From Myxococcota bacterium (lineage in GTDB: Bacteria; Myxococcota_A; Polyangia; Nannocystales; Nannocystaceae), in contig JBCCHT010000024.1 of NCBI GenBank assembly GCA_039028615.1, positions 128,001-192,000 on the forward strand: 64,000 nt of DNA. Reading direction: 5' to 3'. The position numbers and the translations under genes were made by a program. Position 1 is the first letter of the stretch. Each line of letters begins with the position of its first letter. Below the pieces are notes generated by a model, which was not told where the DNA came from, searched no databases, and saw only the letters and a list, made by a program, of their open reading frames with translations. Shown in pieces: positions 8,609-17,674 of the stretch.

Positions 8609-11600
8609 CTACCGCCGTTGGCACTCGCCGTCTCCCCGCCAGGACTCGATTTCGCCGAGGACTCCGGGGTCTCCTTCACCGTGCTCGGCAAAGAAGGCGC
8701 TGGCCTGCTCGAGGAGTCGACACGCCCATGCTCGATCGCCGCCGAGCTCGGTGGGTGCCTGCAGCAGGGCTTTGGCGAGGGCAACGCGGGTCTTGGCGAG
8801 GTCCGCCGTGGGTGCTTGCTGGGCTCGCGCGGCCTCGGACAGCGCGAGGGGCTCGAGCGCGTCGGCCGGCCGCCCTGCGTCCACCAGCGTCTCCCCGAGG
8901 GTCGAGTACGCGGTCGCAACGAGCGGGTGATTCGGGTAGAGCTTGGCCCTGAACACGCTCACCGAGCGCCGCAATAGGCTCGCGGCTCGTTCGTAGTCCT
9001 CGGTCGTCTGGTGGAGCTGGCCGAGGTTGTGAAGCACCAGGCCCAGGTGTTGGTGGGTGGGCCCAAGGGTCGATTCCAGGATGGGGATCGCTCGGAGGTA
9101 CGTCGCCTTGGCTTGCTCCGGTTGGTCCTTCGCGGCGTAGGAGTTGCCGAGGTTGACCAGGGTGCCCGCGAACTTCGACGTGTCCTGCTGGCCTGCCGCT
9201 TCCATCGTGGCCAGGGCACGCTCGTTGAGCTCCAGGGCCTCGTCGATGTTGCCGAGCAGCTGATGGGCCGAGGCGAGGTTGTCCAGCCCGGATACGGTGG
9301 AGGAGTGCCCCGCCCCGTAGGCGGCCTCGAGGATCTGCAGCTCTCGCTCGGCGAGCGGGAGGGCCTCGGCTGGCTGCTGAAGGGTCAGGTAGTAGGTCGC
9401 CAGGTTGCCCACGGCGATGGCGATGTCGGGATGGTCGGGCGGCAGCGCTCGCGTGCGAATCTCGAGCGCTTGCTGTCCAGCCTCGAGCGCAGCGTCGTAG
9501 CGGCCTTCCTGTGCGTTCGCGGCCAGGAGGCGGTCGAGGGCCGCAGCGACGGTGGGGTGAGTGGGGCCGAGCAGCTGCGTATCGAGCTCCAGCCCTCGTT
9601 CCATGAGCTCCCGCGCTCGGGTCGGGTCGCCCTTGCTGCGGTACGCGTTGCTGAGGTCGCCGAGCATGCGAGAGATGAGCCAATGGTTCGGGCCCACCAC
9701 GCGCTCGTATAGGGCCTTGGCCTCGGTGGCGTGGGCGATCGCGCCCTCGGGGTCACCGAGGGCGAGCGTCACCAGTCCCTGGTTTCGGAGGTATCGCGCC
9801 TTGCGGAGCTGCAGGGGGTCGCCTGCCTGCACGCGCACCGCTGCGCTCAGCTCGGCCCAGTGCAGGGCTCGCTCCGGGCGCTGCTCCTTGTGCAGCATCA
9901 AGGTGGTCAGCTCGCTGGCTGCGTCTTCGGCTGCCCCCCAGGCGCTCGCCCGCAGGGCCAGCATGAACGCCTCTTCGCCCAGCATCGCCGCTTGCTCGTA
10001 GTCCCCGATCTTGGTGGCGAGCTCCGCCCGAGTCGCCATCACCTCGGCCGTCAGCGGCGGCCAGCCCAGGTCTCGGGCCCGTTGCAGCGCCTGCCGAGCC
10101 GTCGCTTGCCCCCGTTCGTAGCGCCCGCCGGCCGATTGTGACTCGGCCTTCGACAAGAGCTTGCGGACGGCGACCGCCTCCTCGCGGAGCTGTGACGCGG
10201 GGATGGGCATGGTGGACAGGAACTCCTCGAGGGTGCACAGCTCGACGGGAGTCAGCTTCGTCGCCATGAGCACGGCCCCGTTGGCGACGCTCCGGTCGGC
10301 CGTCGACAGGGTCCCCACCAGCGCATCGAACTCGAGGCGTCGTTGCTCGAGACACCACTTGGCCTTGTCGAGATCGTCGCGGTCGAGGCTCCCGTCCACG
10401 ATGGTCGCCTGGCATGCGGCTTCGTTGTGCTCGTTCCACGCGCGGGCATAGTCGTCGAGCGCGGGGACGGTCTGGTCTGCCACCGTCTGCGCATCGTGGA
10501 GGCCGGTCTCCATGAACACGTCCCGCAGGCCCTGCCCGATGTCTTTGTCCCAGATCTCGTCGATGGCGTCGCCGTGTTCGATGCAGGCTTCGGTGTCGAG
10601 CCGTTGTTGGCGCTGCCGCTGCACCTCGACGCCCCACCGCGCCAACGCGACCGCCGAGGCGGCCAAGACCGTGACGCCGGCCCACAGTCTTCGACGGCGT
10701 CGTCGTGCACCTCGGCGCAGCGCCTCGGCCAGCGCCCGCATGCTCGGGTAGCGATCGTCGGGGCGCAGGGCCATGCCTCGGGCCAGCACCCGGCGCACGT
10801 AGGGCGGGATCGACGAGGGCCCCGAGGGCAGGCGCCCCGCTTCGATTGCGGCGATCCGCTCGGCATTGGTCGAGCCCTCGAAGGGGCGGACGCCGAACAG
10901 CGCCTCGAAGAAGGTGACGCAGAACCCGAACTGATCGCTGCGAGCGTTGGCCTCCCCGTCGAGCTGCTCCGGGGCCATATAGGCCGGAGTGCCCACGATG
11001 GCGCCCGTGCGGGTCAGCGAGGTGGGCTCGGGGTCGGGCGCGCTTCCCTTTGGGTGCTCGGTCGTTCGCTCCGAGGGGGGACGGGCCAGGCCGAAGTCGG
11101 CGAGGCGGAGGCGACCGTCGGCCCCCAGAAGCATATTGGCTGGCTTCACGTCGCGATGGATGACCCCGACCGCATGCGCGGCGGCCAGGCCATCGGCGGC
11201 CTGCAGCGCCATCACCAGCAGCTCGCGGGTGCGGGCCGAGGTCAGCTCGGGGCGATCGAGACACCACTGCCGGAGCGTGCCGCCGTCCACGTGCTCCATG
11301 GCGACGAACCACTCGGAGCCGTCCATGCCCGCGTCGTGGATCGTGACGACGTGGGGATGGTTGAGGCGGGCGAGCATCACCGCCTCGCGCTGGAGTCGGG
11401 CGTGGGTCTCGGCGTGGACCCCCGACAAGACCTTGACCGCGACCTTGCGGTCCAGCAGCGCATCGTGGGCGAGGTACACCATGCCCATGCCGCCGTGGTC
11501 CAGGGGCTCGACCACCACGAAGCGGCCGATGCGAACCTCCGGGGCGCGGCCGAAGAGGCGATCTTCGATCCGGGACTGCTGACGCCGCCCTTCGACCCGC

Positions 11601-11635
11601 AGCTTGGGCGTCTCCCCTGGATCGGTGGTGTCCAT
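8609..11635 (-). CDS. Membrane Ser/Thr protein kinase with TPR repeats
   Basis: GGMG, VAVK, HRDVKPAN, DFG and GTPAYMAPE motifs, a TM segment and a TPR array. Confidence 0.93.
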   Translation of the reverse strand: MDTTDPGETPKLRVEGRRQQSRIEDRLFGRAPEVRIGRFVVVEPLDHGGMGMVYLAHDALLDRKVAVKVLSGVHAETHARLQREAVMLARLNHPHVVTIHDAGMDGSEWFVAMEHVDGGTLRQWCLDRPELTSARTRELLVMALQAADGLAAAHAVGVIHRDVKPANMLLGADGRLRLADFGLARPPSERTTEHPKGSAPDPEPTSLTRTGAIVGTPAYMAPEQLDGEANARSDQFGFCVTFFEALFGVRPFEGSTNAERIAAIEAGRLPSGPSSIPPYVRRVLARGMALRPDDRYPSMRALAEALRRGARRRRRRLWAGVTVLAASAVALARWGVEVQRQRQQRLDTEACIEHGDAIDEIWDKDIGQGLRDVFMETGLHDAQTVADQTVPALDDYARAWNEHNEAACQATIVDGSLDRDDLDKAKWCLEQRRLEFDALVGTLSTADRSVANGAVLMATKLTPVELCTLEEFLSTMPIPASQLREEAVAVRKLLSKAESQSAGGRYERGQATARQALQRARDLGWPPLTAEVMATRAELATKIGDYEQAAMLGEEAFMLALRASAWGAAEDAASELTTLMLHKEQRPERALHWAELSAAVRVQAGDPLQLRKARYLRNQGLVTLALGDPEGAIAHATEAKALYERVVGPNHWLISRMLGDLSNAYRSKGDPTRARELMERGLELDTQLLGPTHPTVAAALDRLLAANAQEGRYDAALEAGQQALEIRTRALPPDHPDIAIAVGNLATYYLTLQQPAEALPLAERELQILEAAYGAGHSSTVSGLDNLASAHQLLGNIDEALELNERALATMEAAGQQDTSKFAGTLVNLGNSYAAKDQPEQAKATYLRAIPILESTLGPTHQHLGLVLHNLGQLHQTTEDYERAASLLRRSVSVFRAKLYPNHPLVATAYSTLGETLVDAGRPADALEPLALSEAARAQQAPTADLAKTRVALAKALLQAPTELGGDRAWACRLLEQASAFFAEHGEGDPGVLGEIESWRGDGECQRR

Positions 11636-11712
11636 GACGGGTCAGTACCCCCGCGTGACGTAGCGTTCCGCCGCGAGCGGGCGCGGTCGAGAGTACGCGC
11701 GCTGCGAGGGCG

Positions 11713-12963
11713 CTACCAGCCGGGATAGCTGCACACGGCGGGGGTGCGGGTGGGCGACAGCTCGCAGGTCAGGCCGTTGCAGACCAGGCCCTCGGTGCAC
11801 AGCCCACCGTTTTCACAGTCGTCGCCCTCGCCTCCAAGAGGCCAGCAGAAGCCGTTGGGGCAGTAGCCGCTGTCGCATTGGTTGTGCCCCGAGCACATCT
11901 CCCCGGTGAGGATCGGCTCGTTGCAGGTGCCCTCCGGATCGTCGGCGCTCGCCAGGCACCACGAGCCCGGCGCACAGGTGCCGAACAAACAGGTCTCGCC
12001 CACGACGGGCAGCGCGACGCAACGGTCGGTCTGGAAGTCGCACGTCGCACCCGCGGCACAGTTGCCGCCGATGCACTGCTCGCCCGCGAGCGGGACCGAG
12101 CGGCACACGTCGTTGGAGCACAGCAGGCCATCTTCGCACGGGTTGTTCGCGCAGGACTGACCGATCGCTACTTGGCTCACGCAGCTGCGGTTGTCCCCGG
12201 TCTCGCTCCAGCGGCACAGCATGTCGTTGCCGCACTCTTCGTGGTTGATGCACGACTCGCCTTCGGCGCGAACGGGGACGCACAGGTCCTGGCTGCGGTC
12301 GCACCACAGGCCGGGGACACAGTCACTGATGCCGCAGAACTGACCCTCGGTGGACGCGGTCTGGCAACGGCCGGTGTCGAAGCTGCAGTACAGGCCGTCG
12401 GCGCAGTCGTCGAAGAAGCCGATGCCGAGCTCGGTGTTGGAGCAGGTCTCCCCTTGGGCCCGCCCGCCGAGGCTGGAGCAGGGCGTCACGCAGTTGCCCG
12501 CGGAACAGAGCAGGCCTTGCTCGCAGTCGGAGACGAGCGCGTCGAAGCTCTCGCAGCTGTCTCCGAGGGCGCGCTCGCCGTGATAGATGGCGCAGAAGCG
12601 GTCGCAGACTCGGGCCGACCCGTCGACGATCCATCCGCAGCCTTGCTGCTGGATGTCGGCGGCGATCGAGTCGAAGCACTCCGCGTCGTAGGTCAGCTCT
12701 TGTTCGTCACCGAGCCGGAGCCGGTGCTCCCACAGATCGCTCAGCTCGGTGTCGCAGGAGCTCGGGGTCGTGCCGAACTCGCAACTGCACGCCGCGACCT
12801 GCTCGCAGTGGTCGGCGATCAGGTCCTCGACGGCGGATGCCGACGGGGCCTCGACGCCTTCGATGGGGCCGGGATCGCTGACACCGACGGGCGCTTCGCA
12901 GCCCGCCGCGACCACCACCATGGAGGCCAACGACCAGCGCGCATACCTCTGCAACCTAAGCAT
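11713..12963 (-). CDS. Cys-rich repeat lipoprotein
   Basis: VAAGC lipobox and many GExC...CxxGLxC repeats typical of myxobacterial surface proteins. Start 12963-12978. Confidence 0.82.
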   Translation of the reverse strand: MLRLQRYARWSLASMVVVAAGCEAPVGVSDPGPIEGVEAPSASAVEDLIADHCEQVAACSCEFGTTPSSCDTELSDLWEHRLRLGDEQELTYDAECFDSIAADIQQQGCGWIVDGSARVCDRFCAIYHGERALGDSCESFDALVSDCEQGLLCSAGNCVTPCSSLGGRAQGETCSNTELGIGFFDDCADGLYCSFDTGRCQTASTEGQFCGISDCVPGLWCDRSQDLCVPVRAEGESCINHEECGNDMLCRWSETGDNRSCVSQVAIGQSCANNPCEDGLLCSNDVCRSVPLAGEQCIGGNCAAGATCDFQTDRCVALPVVGETCLFGTCAPGSWCLASADDPEGTCNEPILTGEMCSGHNQCDSGYCPNGFCWPLGGEGDDCENGGLCTEGLVCNGLTCELSPTRTPAVCSYPGW

Positions 12964-13184
12964 CAAGTCAAGCATCATGGGGCAAAGATGAGGCATGGCC
13001 GGGGAGGGAGCAAGCGTGGCCGTGGCGGCTCGGGCTTCCCGCTGACCGAGGACGGCCGGCGTTGGCCGTTCGACTCGCTGAAGCACGGTTCGTCTCGACC
13101 GTCCCGAGCCGGTACGCCATGGGGCGCCCCCGGCTGCCGATCGCCTGCGTAAACTCCGCGCTTGCGTCGGGCTTCAAGTAGTTT

Positions 13185-13206
13185 ATTGTTTGGTTGACCA
13201 AACAAT
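13185..13206. promoter_or_regulatory. Perfect inverted repeat, likely TetR operator
   Basis: ATTGTTTGGT-TG-ACCAAACAAT: 10-bp perfect AT-rich arms ending 2 nt before the TetR ATG. Confidence 0.8.
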
Positions 13207-13208
13207 TT

Positions 13209-13811
13209 ATGGGGCGACCATCCAATGCACCGCTGCGACGGCAGCAGATCATCGAGGCCACCGTGCGGGTCATGGCCCGGACCGGCTTCGACGGCGCGTC
13301 CACGTCGGCCATCGCCAAGGAAGCGGGGCTGAGCGCCGGGTTGGTGCACCATCACTTCGGCAGCAAGGCGGAGGTGCTTCAGGCCCTGCCCGGACACCTC
13401 GAAGCCCTGGTCGACGCTCGCTATCAGGCGCTCGCGGCTCGTCGCCGAGGCGCATTGGGTCGGCTCGAGGCCTGGGTCGACGCTCACCTGGCGCACGGCG
13501 ACGACGCCCAGCCCGAAGCGGCCGCCGCCTGGGTTTGGCTCGGAGCCCAGGCGCTCAAGGACGAAGGTCTGCGCACGCGCTACCAGGCGGTGGTGCGGCG
13601 CCGCCTCGAGGCCCTGGCCGGGCTCATCGAGGACGCGAGCGCGGACGCTCCGACGCGCATCGATGCCCGAGCGTTGGCCGTGTCGACATTGGCCACCATC
13701 GAGGGCTATTTCCAGCTGGCGAGCAGCACCGACGTCGTGCCGCAGGGCAGTGCCGCCGCCGCGGTGGGTCGTTCCCTGCGACAGCTGCTCGGAGGGCGGG
13801 CGCGCCGATGA
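13209..13811 (+). CDS. TetR family transcriptional regulator (BetI-like)
   Basis: RRQQIIEAT...GFDGASTSAIAKEAGLSAGLVHHHFGSKAEV HTH. Confidence 0.93.
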   Translation: MGRPSNAPLRRQQIIEATVRVMARTGFDGASTSAIAKEAGLSAGLVHHHFGSKAEVLQALPGHLEALVDARYQALAARRRGALGRLEAWVDAHLAHGDDAQPEAAAAWVWLGAQALKDEGLRTRYQAVVRRRLEALAGLIEDASADAPTRIDARALAVSTLATIEGYFQLASSTDVVPQGSAAAAVGRSLRQLLGGRARR

Positions 13812-14170
13812 GCCTCGACGCGAGCTTCGTCGTACGCCGGCCGCGGGTACCCTTCGTCCCCGGCTATTGCGTGCTCACTCCGGTCGTCGAGTCGCCCTAC
13901 GGCTCCGAGTCGGGGCTGGCCGAGCTTTTACGGGTGGCCGAGGTCGTGGCGCGTCGTGAAGCAGTGCAGCGCTTCGGCGATCCCGAGTGCTTCAGCCTGC
14001 TGTGCAATGCCGGCCGGACCCGACGACGGCGCTGGCCGCATGTGCACATCATCTTGGCGCCCAGCGTCCGGGCCAAGCGATGGGCGCTGTTGTGGTTGTC
14101 GCTCAAGCACCTGTCTCGGCCGTGGCGCTGGCCCCTGGTGCGGCGTCTGTGGTCGGGAGGGCGCCGCTGA
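13808..14170 (+). CDS. Hypothetical protein, degenerate HIT-like motif
   Basis: ATGA overlap with the TetR stop and TGATG overlap with the MFS start. FSLLCNAG...WPHVHII resembles the HIT-family C-terminal motif but lacks one His. Confidence 0.65.
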   Translation: MSLDASFVVRRPRVPFVPGYCVLTPVVESPYGSESGLAELLRVAEVVARREAVQRFGDPECFSLLCNAGRTRRRRWPHVHIILAPSVRAKRWALLWLSLKHLSRPWRWPLVRRLWSGGRR

Positions 14171-15381
14171 TGCGCGCGTCCACGGCCAAGAAGCTGGGCC
14201 TGGTGGCCTCGCTGTACTTTTCCCAGGGCTTGCCCTTCGGGTTCTTCACACAGGCGTTGCCCGCCCTGATGCGCCAGCAAGGGGTGTCGCTGGCGGCGAT
14301 CGGGTTGAGCACCCTGCTGGCGCTGCCGTGGGGCCTGAAGTTCTTGTGGGCGCCGTGGGTCGATCGTCGGGGCAATACCCGCTTCGGCCGTCGGCGCGGA
14401 TGGCTGATCCCGCTGCAGCTGTCGAGCACCACCGTGCTGCTCCTGCTCGCGCTGGCCGACCCCGCACACTCGCTCGTGTGGCTCATCGTGGGGGTGCTGC
14501 TCACCAATTTGTTGTCCGCGACGCAGGACATCGCCACCGACGGTCTGGCCGTCGACCTGCTGGAGCACGACGAGCGAGGCTGGGGCAACGGCATTCAGCT
14601 CGCGGGGTACCGCGTGGGCATGATCGTCGGCGGCGGAGCGCTGTTGGTCGCCTTCGATGCGCTCGGCTGGGCCTTCACGTTCGTGAGCGCGGCCATCTTG
14701 ATGCTGCTGGCCACCATCCCCGTGTGGCGGTTTTCCGAGCCGCCCGCGACGGCGGTGACCGAGTCGGCCACCACCAGCGTGCGCGATGCCTGGCGCTACT
14801 TCAGCCGCAGCCCACAGCGTCGGTCGTGGCTCGTGGTCTTGGCGATCTACAAGGCGGGCGACTACCTGGGCACCAGCATGATCCGCCCCTTCTTCATCGA
14901 CCAGGGCCTGAGCCTGGCCGAGCTCGGCGTGCTGTTGGGAGCGGCGGGGTTCAGCGCGGGGCTGGTGGGGGCACTGGTCGGCGGCGCGGCGGTCGGGACC
15001 TTGGGGCGTCGACGCGCCTTGCTGGCGTTCGGAGTACTCCAGGCCCTGTCGGTGGCCAGCTATGCCCTCGCGACCGGCTCCGACCCCAGCCCCGTGCTGC
15101 TCTACGGCCCGGTGATCTTCGAGCACTTCGCGACCGGCATGGCCACCGCGGTGCTGTTCACGGTGATGATGGATCTGTGTCGCCCCGAGCATGCCGCGAC
15201 CGACTACACGCTGCAGGCGTCGCTGGTCGTCCTGGCCACGGGACTGGCCGCCGCGCTCGGCGGAACGACGGCGCAGGTGCTCGGCTACGGTCCCAACTTC
15301 GTGCTCGGGGCCGCGGTCTGTCTGGGGGCGGTGGCACTGGCCGGGCGCACCCCGGTGGGCACGCCCGTCGAGCCCGCTTGA
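14170..15381 (+). CDS. MFS transporter, AmpG/RhtX/FptX family
   Basis: SLYFSQGLPFGF, LPWGLKFLWAPWVD, GRRRGW, SATQDIATDGLAV and HAATDYTLQAS motifs. Confidence 0.92.
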   Translation: MRASTAKKLGLVASLYFSQGLPFGFFTQALPALMRQQGVSLAAIGLSTLLALPWGLKFLWAPWVDRRGNTRFGRRRGWLIPLQLSSTTVLLLLALADPAHSLVWLIVGVLLTNLLSATQDIATDGLAVDLLEHDERGWGNGIQLAGYRVGMIVGGGALLVAFDALGWAFTFVSAAILMLLATIPVWRFSEPPATAVTESATTSVRDAWRYFSRSPQRRSWLVVLAIYKAGDYLGTSMIRPFFIDQGLSLAELGVLLGAAGFSAGLVGALVGGAAVGTLGRRRALLAFGVLQALSVASYALATGSDPSPVLLYGPVIFEHFATGMATAVLFTVMMDLCRPEHAATDYTLQASLVVLATGLAAALGGTTAQVLGYGPNFVLGAAVCLGAVALAGRTPVGTPVEPA

Positions 15382-15520
15382 ATGCCGCGCAGGCTCGGCG
15401 AGGCGGCGGAAGCTCGATGTCCGACGTGCCGCCGTGGAGTCGCCGTTAATCTCGCGGGCAGAAACAGCGGGAAGATCCAGTGCCGATCGAAGGGACGAAC
15501 GCTAGACTCGTCCCGCCGTC

Positions 15521-16426
15521 ATGGACTGGAACGACGTCCGCTACTTTCTCGCACTGGCTCGCCTCAAGTCGATTCGCGCCGCGGGTCACTCTTTGGGGGT
15601 CAGTCACTCCACGGTGGCGCGAAGAGTGGAGGCGCTCGAGGAGCAACTGTCGGCTCGTCTCTTCGATCGTAGCCGCGATGGCTACACGCTGACGGCGGCG
15701 GGACGCGAGATGCTCCCGGGAGCGGAACGGATCGAGCAGGAGATGTCGGCGCTCGAGCGCGGCGTCATGGGCCAGGACGAGCGACTGAGCGGCTCGGTGG
15801 CGTTGACCTGCTGCGATCACTACGTCTCCGCGCTGCTGATGCCCGCGCTGAAGCAGTTCTGCCAGGAGTACCCCGCCATCGAGCTGCGCTTTTCCGTCGA
15901 TAGTCGTTCCTTCGACCTCGCCAAGCGGGAAGCCGACGTCGCCATCCGAACCCTGCCGCGTCAGGCGAGCCCGCCCGAGTTCCTCATCGGGCAATCGCTC
16001 GCTCCAGTCACGGTGGCCAACTACGTGGCGCGAGAGCACGCCGCTCGTCTCGATCCAGAGCAACCGGGGGCCGACCCACGCTGGATCTCGTACGCAGACC
16101 GGTCGGCGCACGAACTCATCGTGTCCGGCTCGAGCTACCCCGATCTACCCTCGTGGGGCGGTTTTTCGTCGCTCGAGCTCATGGTCCAAGCGGCGCGCGA
16201 AGGGCTGGGCATGGCCATCTTGCCCACGTACGTCGGCGACCGGGACCTTGCGCTGTGTCGGGCCACTCGCGCCGACCCGCGGCATGCCGCGGACCTGTGG
16301 CTGTTGTGTCACCCCGACTTGCGGGACAACGCTCGGCTCCGGGCCACGCGGGCGCGCGTAGCCGAGGCCCTCGGGGAGCACATGGCGTTGTTTCAGGGCC
16401 AGTGGTGCGCGGTCGCACCGGGCTGA
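15521..16426 (+). CDS. LysR family transcriptional regulator
   Basis: MDWNDVRYFLA...LGVSHSTVARRVEALEEQL..RLFDR HTH and DLAKREADVAIR. Confidence 0.95.
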   Translation: MDWNDVRYFLALARLKSIRAAGHSLGVSHSTVARRVEALEEQLSARLFDRSRDGYTLTAAGREMLPGAERIEQEMSALERGVMGQDERLSGSVALTCCDHYVSALLMPALKQFCQEYPAIELRFSVDSRSFDLAKREADVAIRTLPRQASPPEFLIGQSLAPVTVANYVAREHAARLDPEQPGADPRWISYADRSAHELIVSGSSYPDLPSWGGFSSLELMVQAAREGLGMAILPTYVGDRDLALCRATRADPRHAADLWLLCHPDLRDNARLRATRARVAEALGEHMALFQGQWCAVAPG

Positions 16427-16483
16427 CCCGAAAACGCACCGGGTCGCCGCGAATAAGCGGCGCTACGCTCGGTTGGAGCCCCC

Positions 16484-17116
16484 ATGACCACGGAAGCCGC
16501 CTTCTGGAACGACCAGGCCGAACGATACTCCCGCAAGCCGGTCGCCAATCCCGACGCCTTCGAGCGCAAGATCGAGATCACCACGTCCCGCATGCGCCCC
16601 GACCACGTGGTGCTCGACGTGGGCTGCGGCACCGGTTCGCTGGCCCTGCGCCTGGCGCCCTCCGCTCGCGAGGTCCACGGCCTCGATGTCTCGAGCGAGA
16701 TGCTGCGCATCGCCACCGACAAGGCCCAGGCCGACGGTGTCGACAACGTCCACTTTCATTGCGGCCTGCTCGACGAGAGCTTCAGCGCCTTCGAAGACGA
16801 GAGCCTCGACGGCATCTGTGCCTACAGCATCTTGCACCTCGTGCCCGATCGCACGGCCGCGCTCGCCCAGATCCACCGCCTGCTGAAACCGGGCGGATTC
16901 TTTGTCTCATCCACCGTGTGCCTGCGGGAGATGTGGGTCCCGATCGCGCTCATCCTCCCGGTCATGCGTTGGATGGGCAAGGCGCCGCGGGTCTCGAACA
17001 TCTCGCGGAAGACCCTCCGTGAGGACATCGAACGCGCGGGCTTCGTCGACATCGCTCAGCCCGAGGTCGGGGCCGAGCGCCACGTCGCGTTCATGGTCGC
17101 GAGCAAGCCTGCGTGA
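16484..17116 (+). CDS. Class I SAM-dependent methyltransferase
   Basis: VLDVGCGTG, GLDVSSEML and LLKPGG motifs, with a GGAG RBS. Confidence 0.93.
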   Translation: MTTEAAFWNDQAERYSRKPVANPDAFERKIEITTSRMRPDHVVLDVGCGTGSLALRLAPSAREVHGLDVSSEMLRIATDKAQADGVDNVHFHCGLLDESFSAFEDESLDGICAYSILHLVPDRTAALAQIHRLLKPGGFFVSSTVCLREMWVPIALILPVMRWMGKAPRVSNISRKTLREDIERAGFVDIAQPEVGAERHVAFMVASKPA

Positions 17117-17128
17117 CCGCATCGGGCC

Positions 17129-17647
17129 TCAGGTCTCCAAGGCGCGGTCGAGCTCCGACCACCACTCAGAGACCACGCCGTCGCGGTGCGCCGCCGCCCG
17201 GAACGTGGCGTGCTCCTTGCGGTACATGGCCAGGAGCCCGCGATTGCCGTCGCGTCGACATCGACGCACGTTGGCTAGCCGATCGGCGACCTTGACCACC
17301 AGCGCTCGAGCGAGGGGCCCCGCCTCGACTCGCGCGAGTCGAGCATAGGTCGCGGCTTTCCGCTCCTTGCGGTTTCGCCCCGGCGAGTCGGTGAGCAGAT
17401 CGACGCAGCCCATCACCCCCTCGCCGAAGTGCTGGCCGACGTCGGCCAGCGTGACCTCGGTGTCTTCGACGACATCGTGCAAGTAGGCCATGATCACCAG
17501 CTCCGGGTCGTGCTCAGCCACCGTGCGTACGATCCCGGCGACCTCGTCGAGGTGAGCGACATAGGGCTCGTCGCCATAGCGCTGGTCGCCGTGCGCCTGG
17601 TCGGCGAAGGCTCGGGCCCGCTCGATCCCACCGGAGGTCTCGCTCAT
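17129..17647 (-). CDS. HD-domain hydrolase, Mesh1/small alarmone hydrolase-like
   Basis: AHxxQR, PYVAH, LHDVVEDT, LTD and VKVADRLAN are the RelA/SpoT hydrolase-domain motifs. No synthetase domain. Confidence 0.88.
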   Translation of the reverse strand: MSETSGGIERARAFADQAHGDQRYGDEPYVAHLDEVAGIVRTVAEHDPELVIMAYLHDVVEDTEVTLADVGQHFGEGVMGCVDLLTDSPGRNRKERKAATYARLARVEAGPLARALVVKVADRLANVRRCRRDGNRGLLAMYRKEHATFRAAAHRDGVVSEWWSELDRALET

Positions 17648-17674
17648 GGACACAGGCTACCGCCTGGCGCGGGA

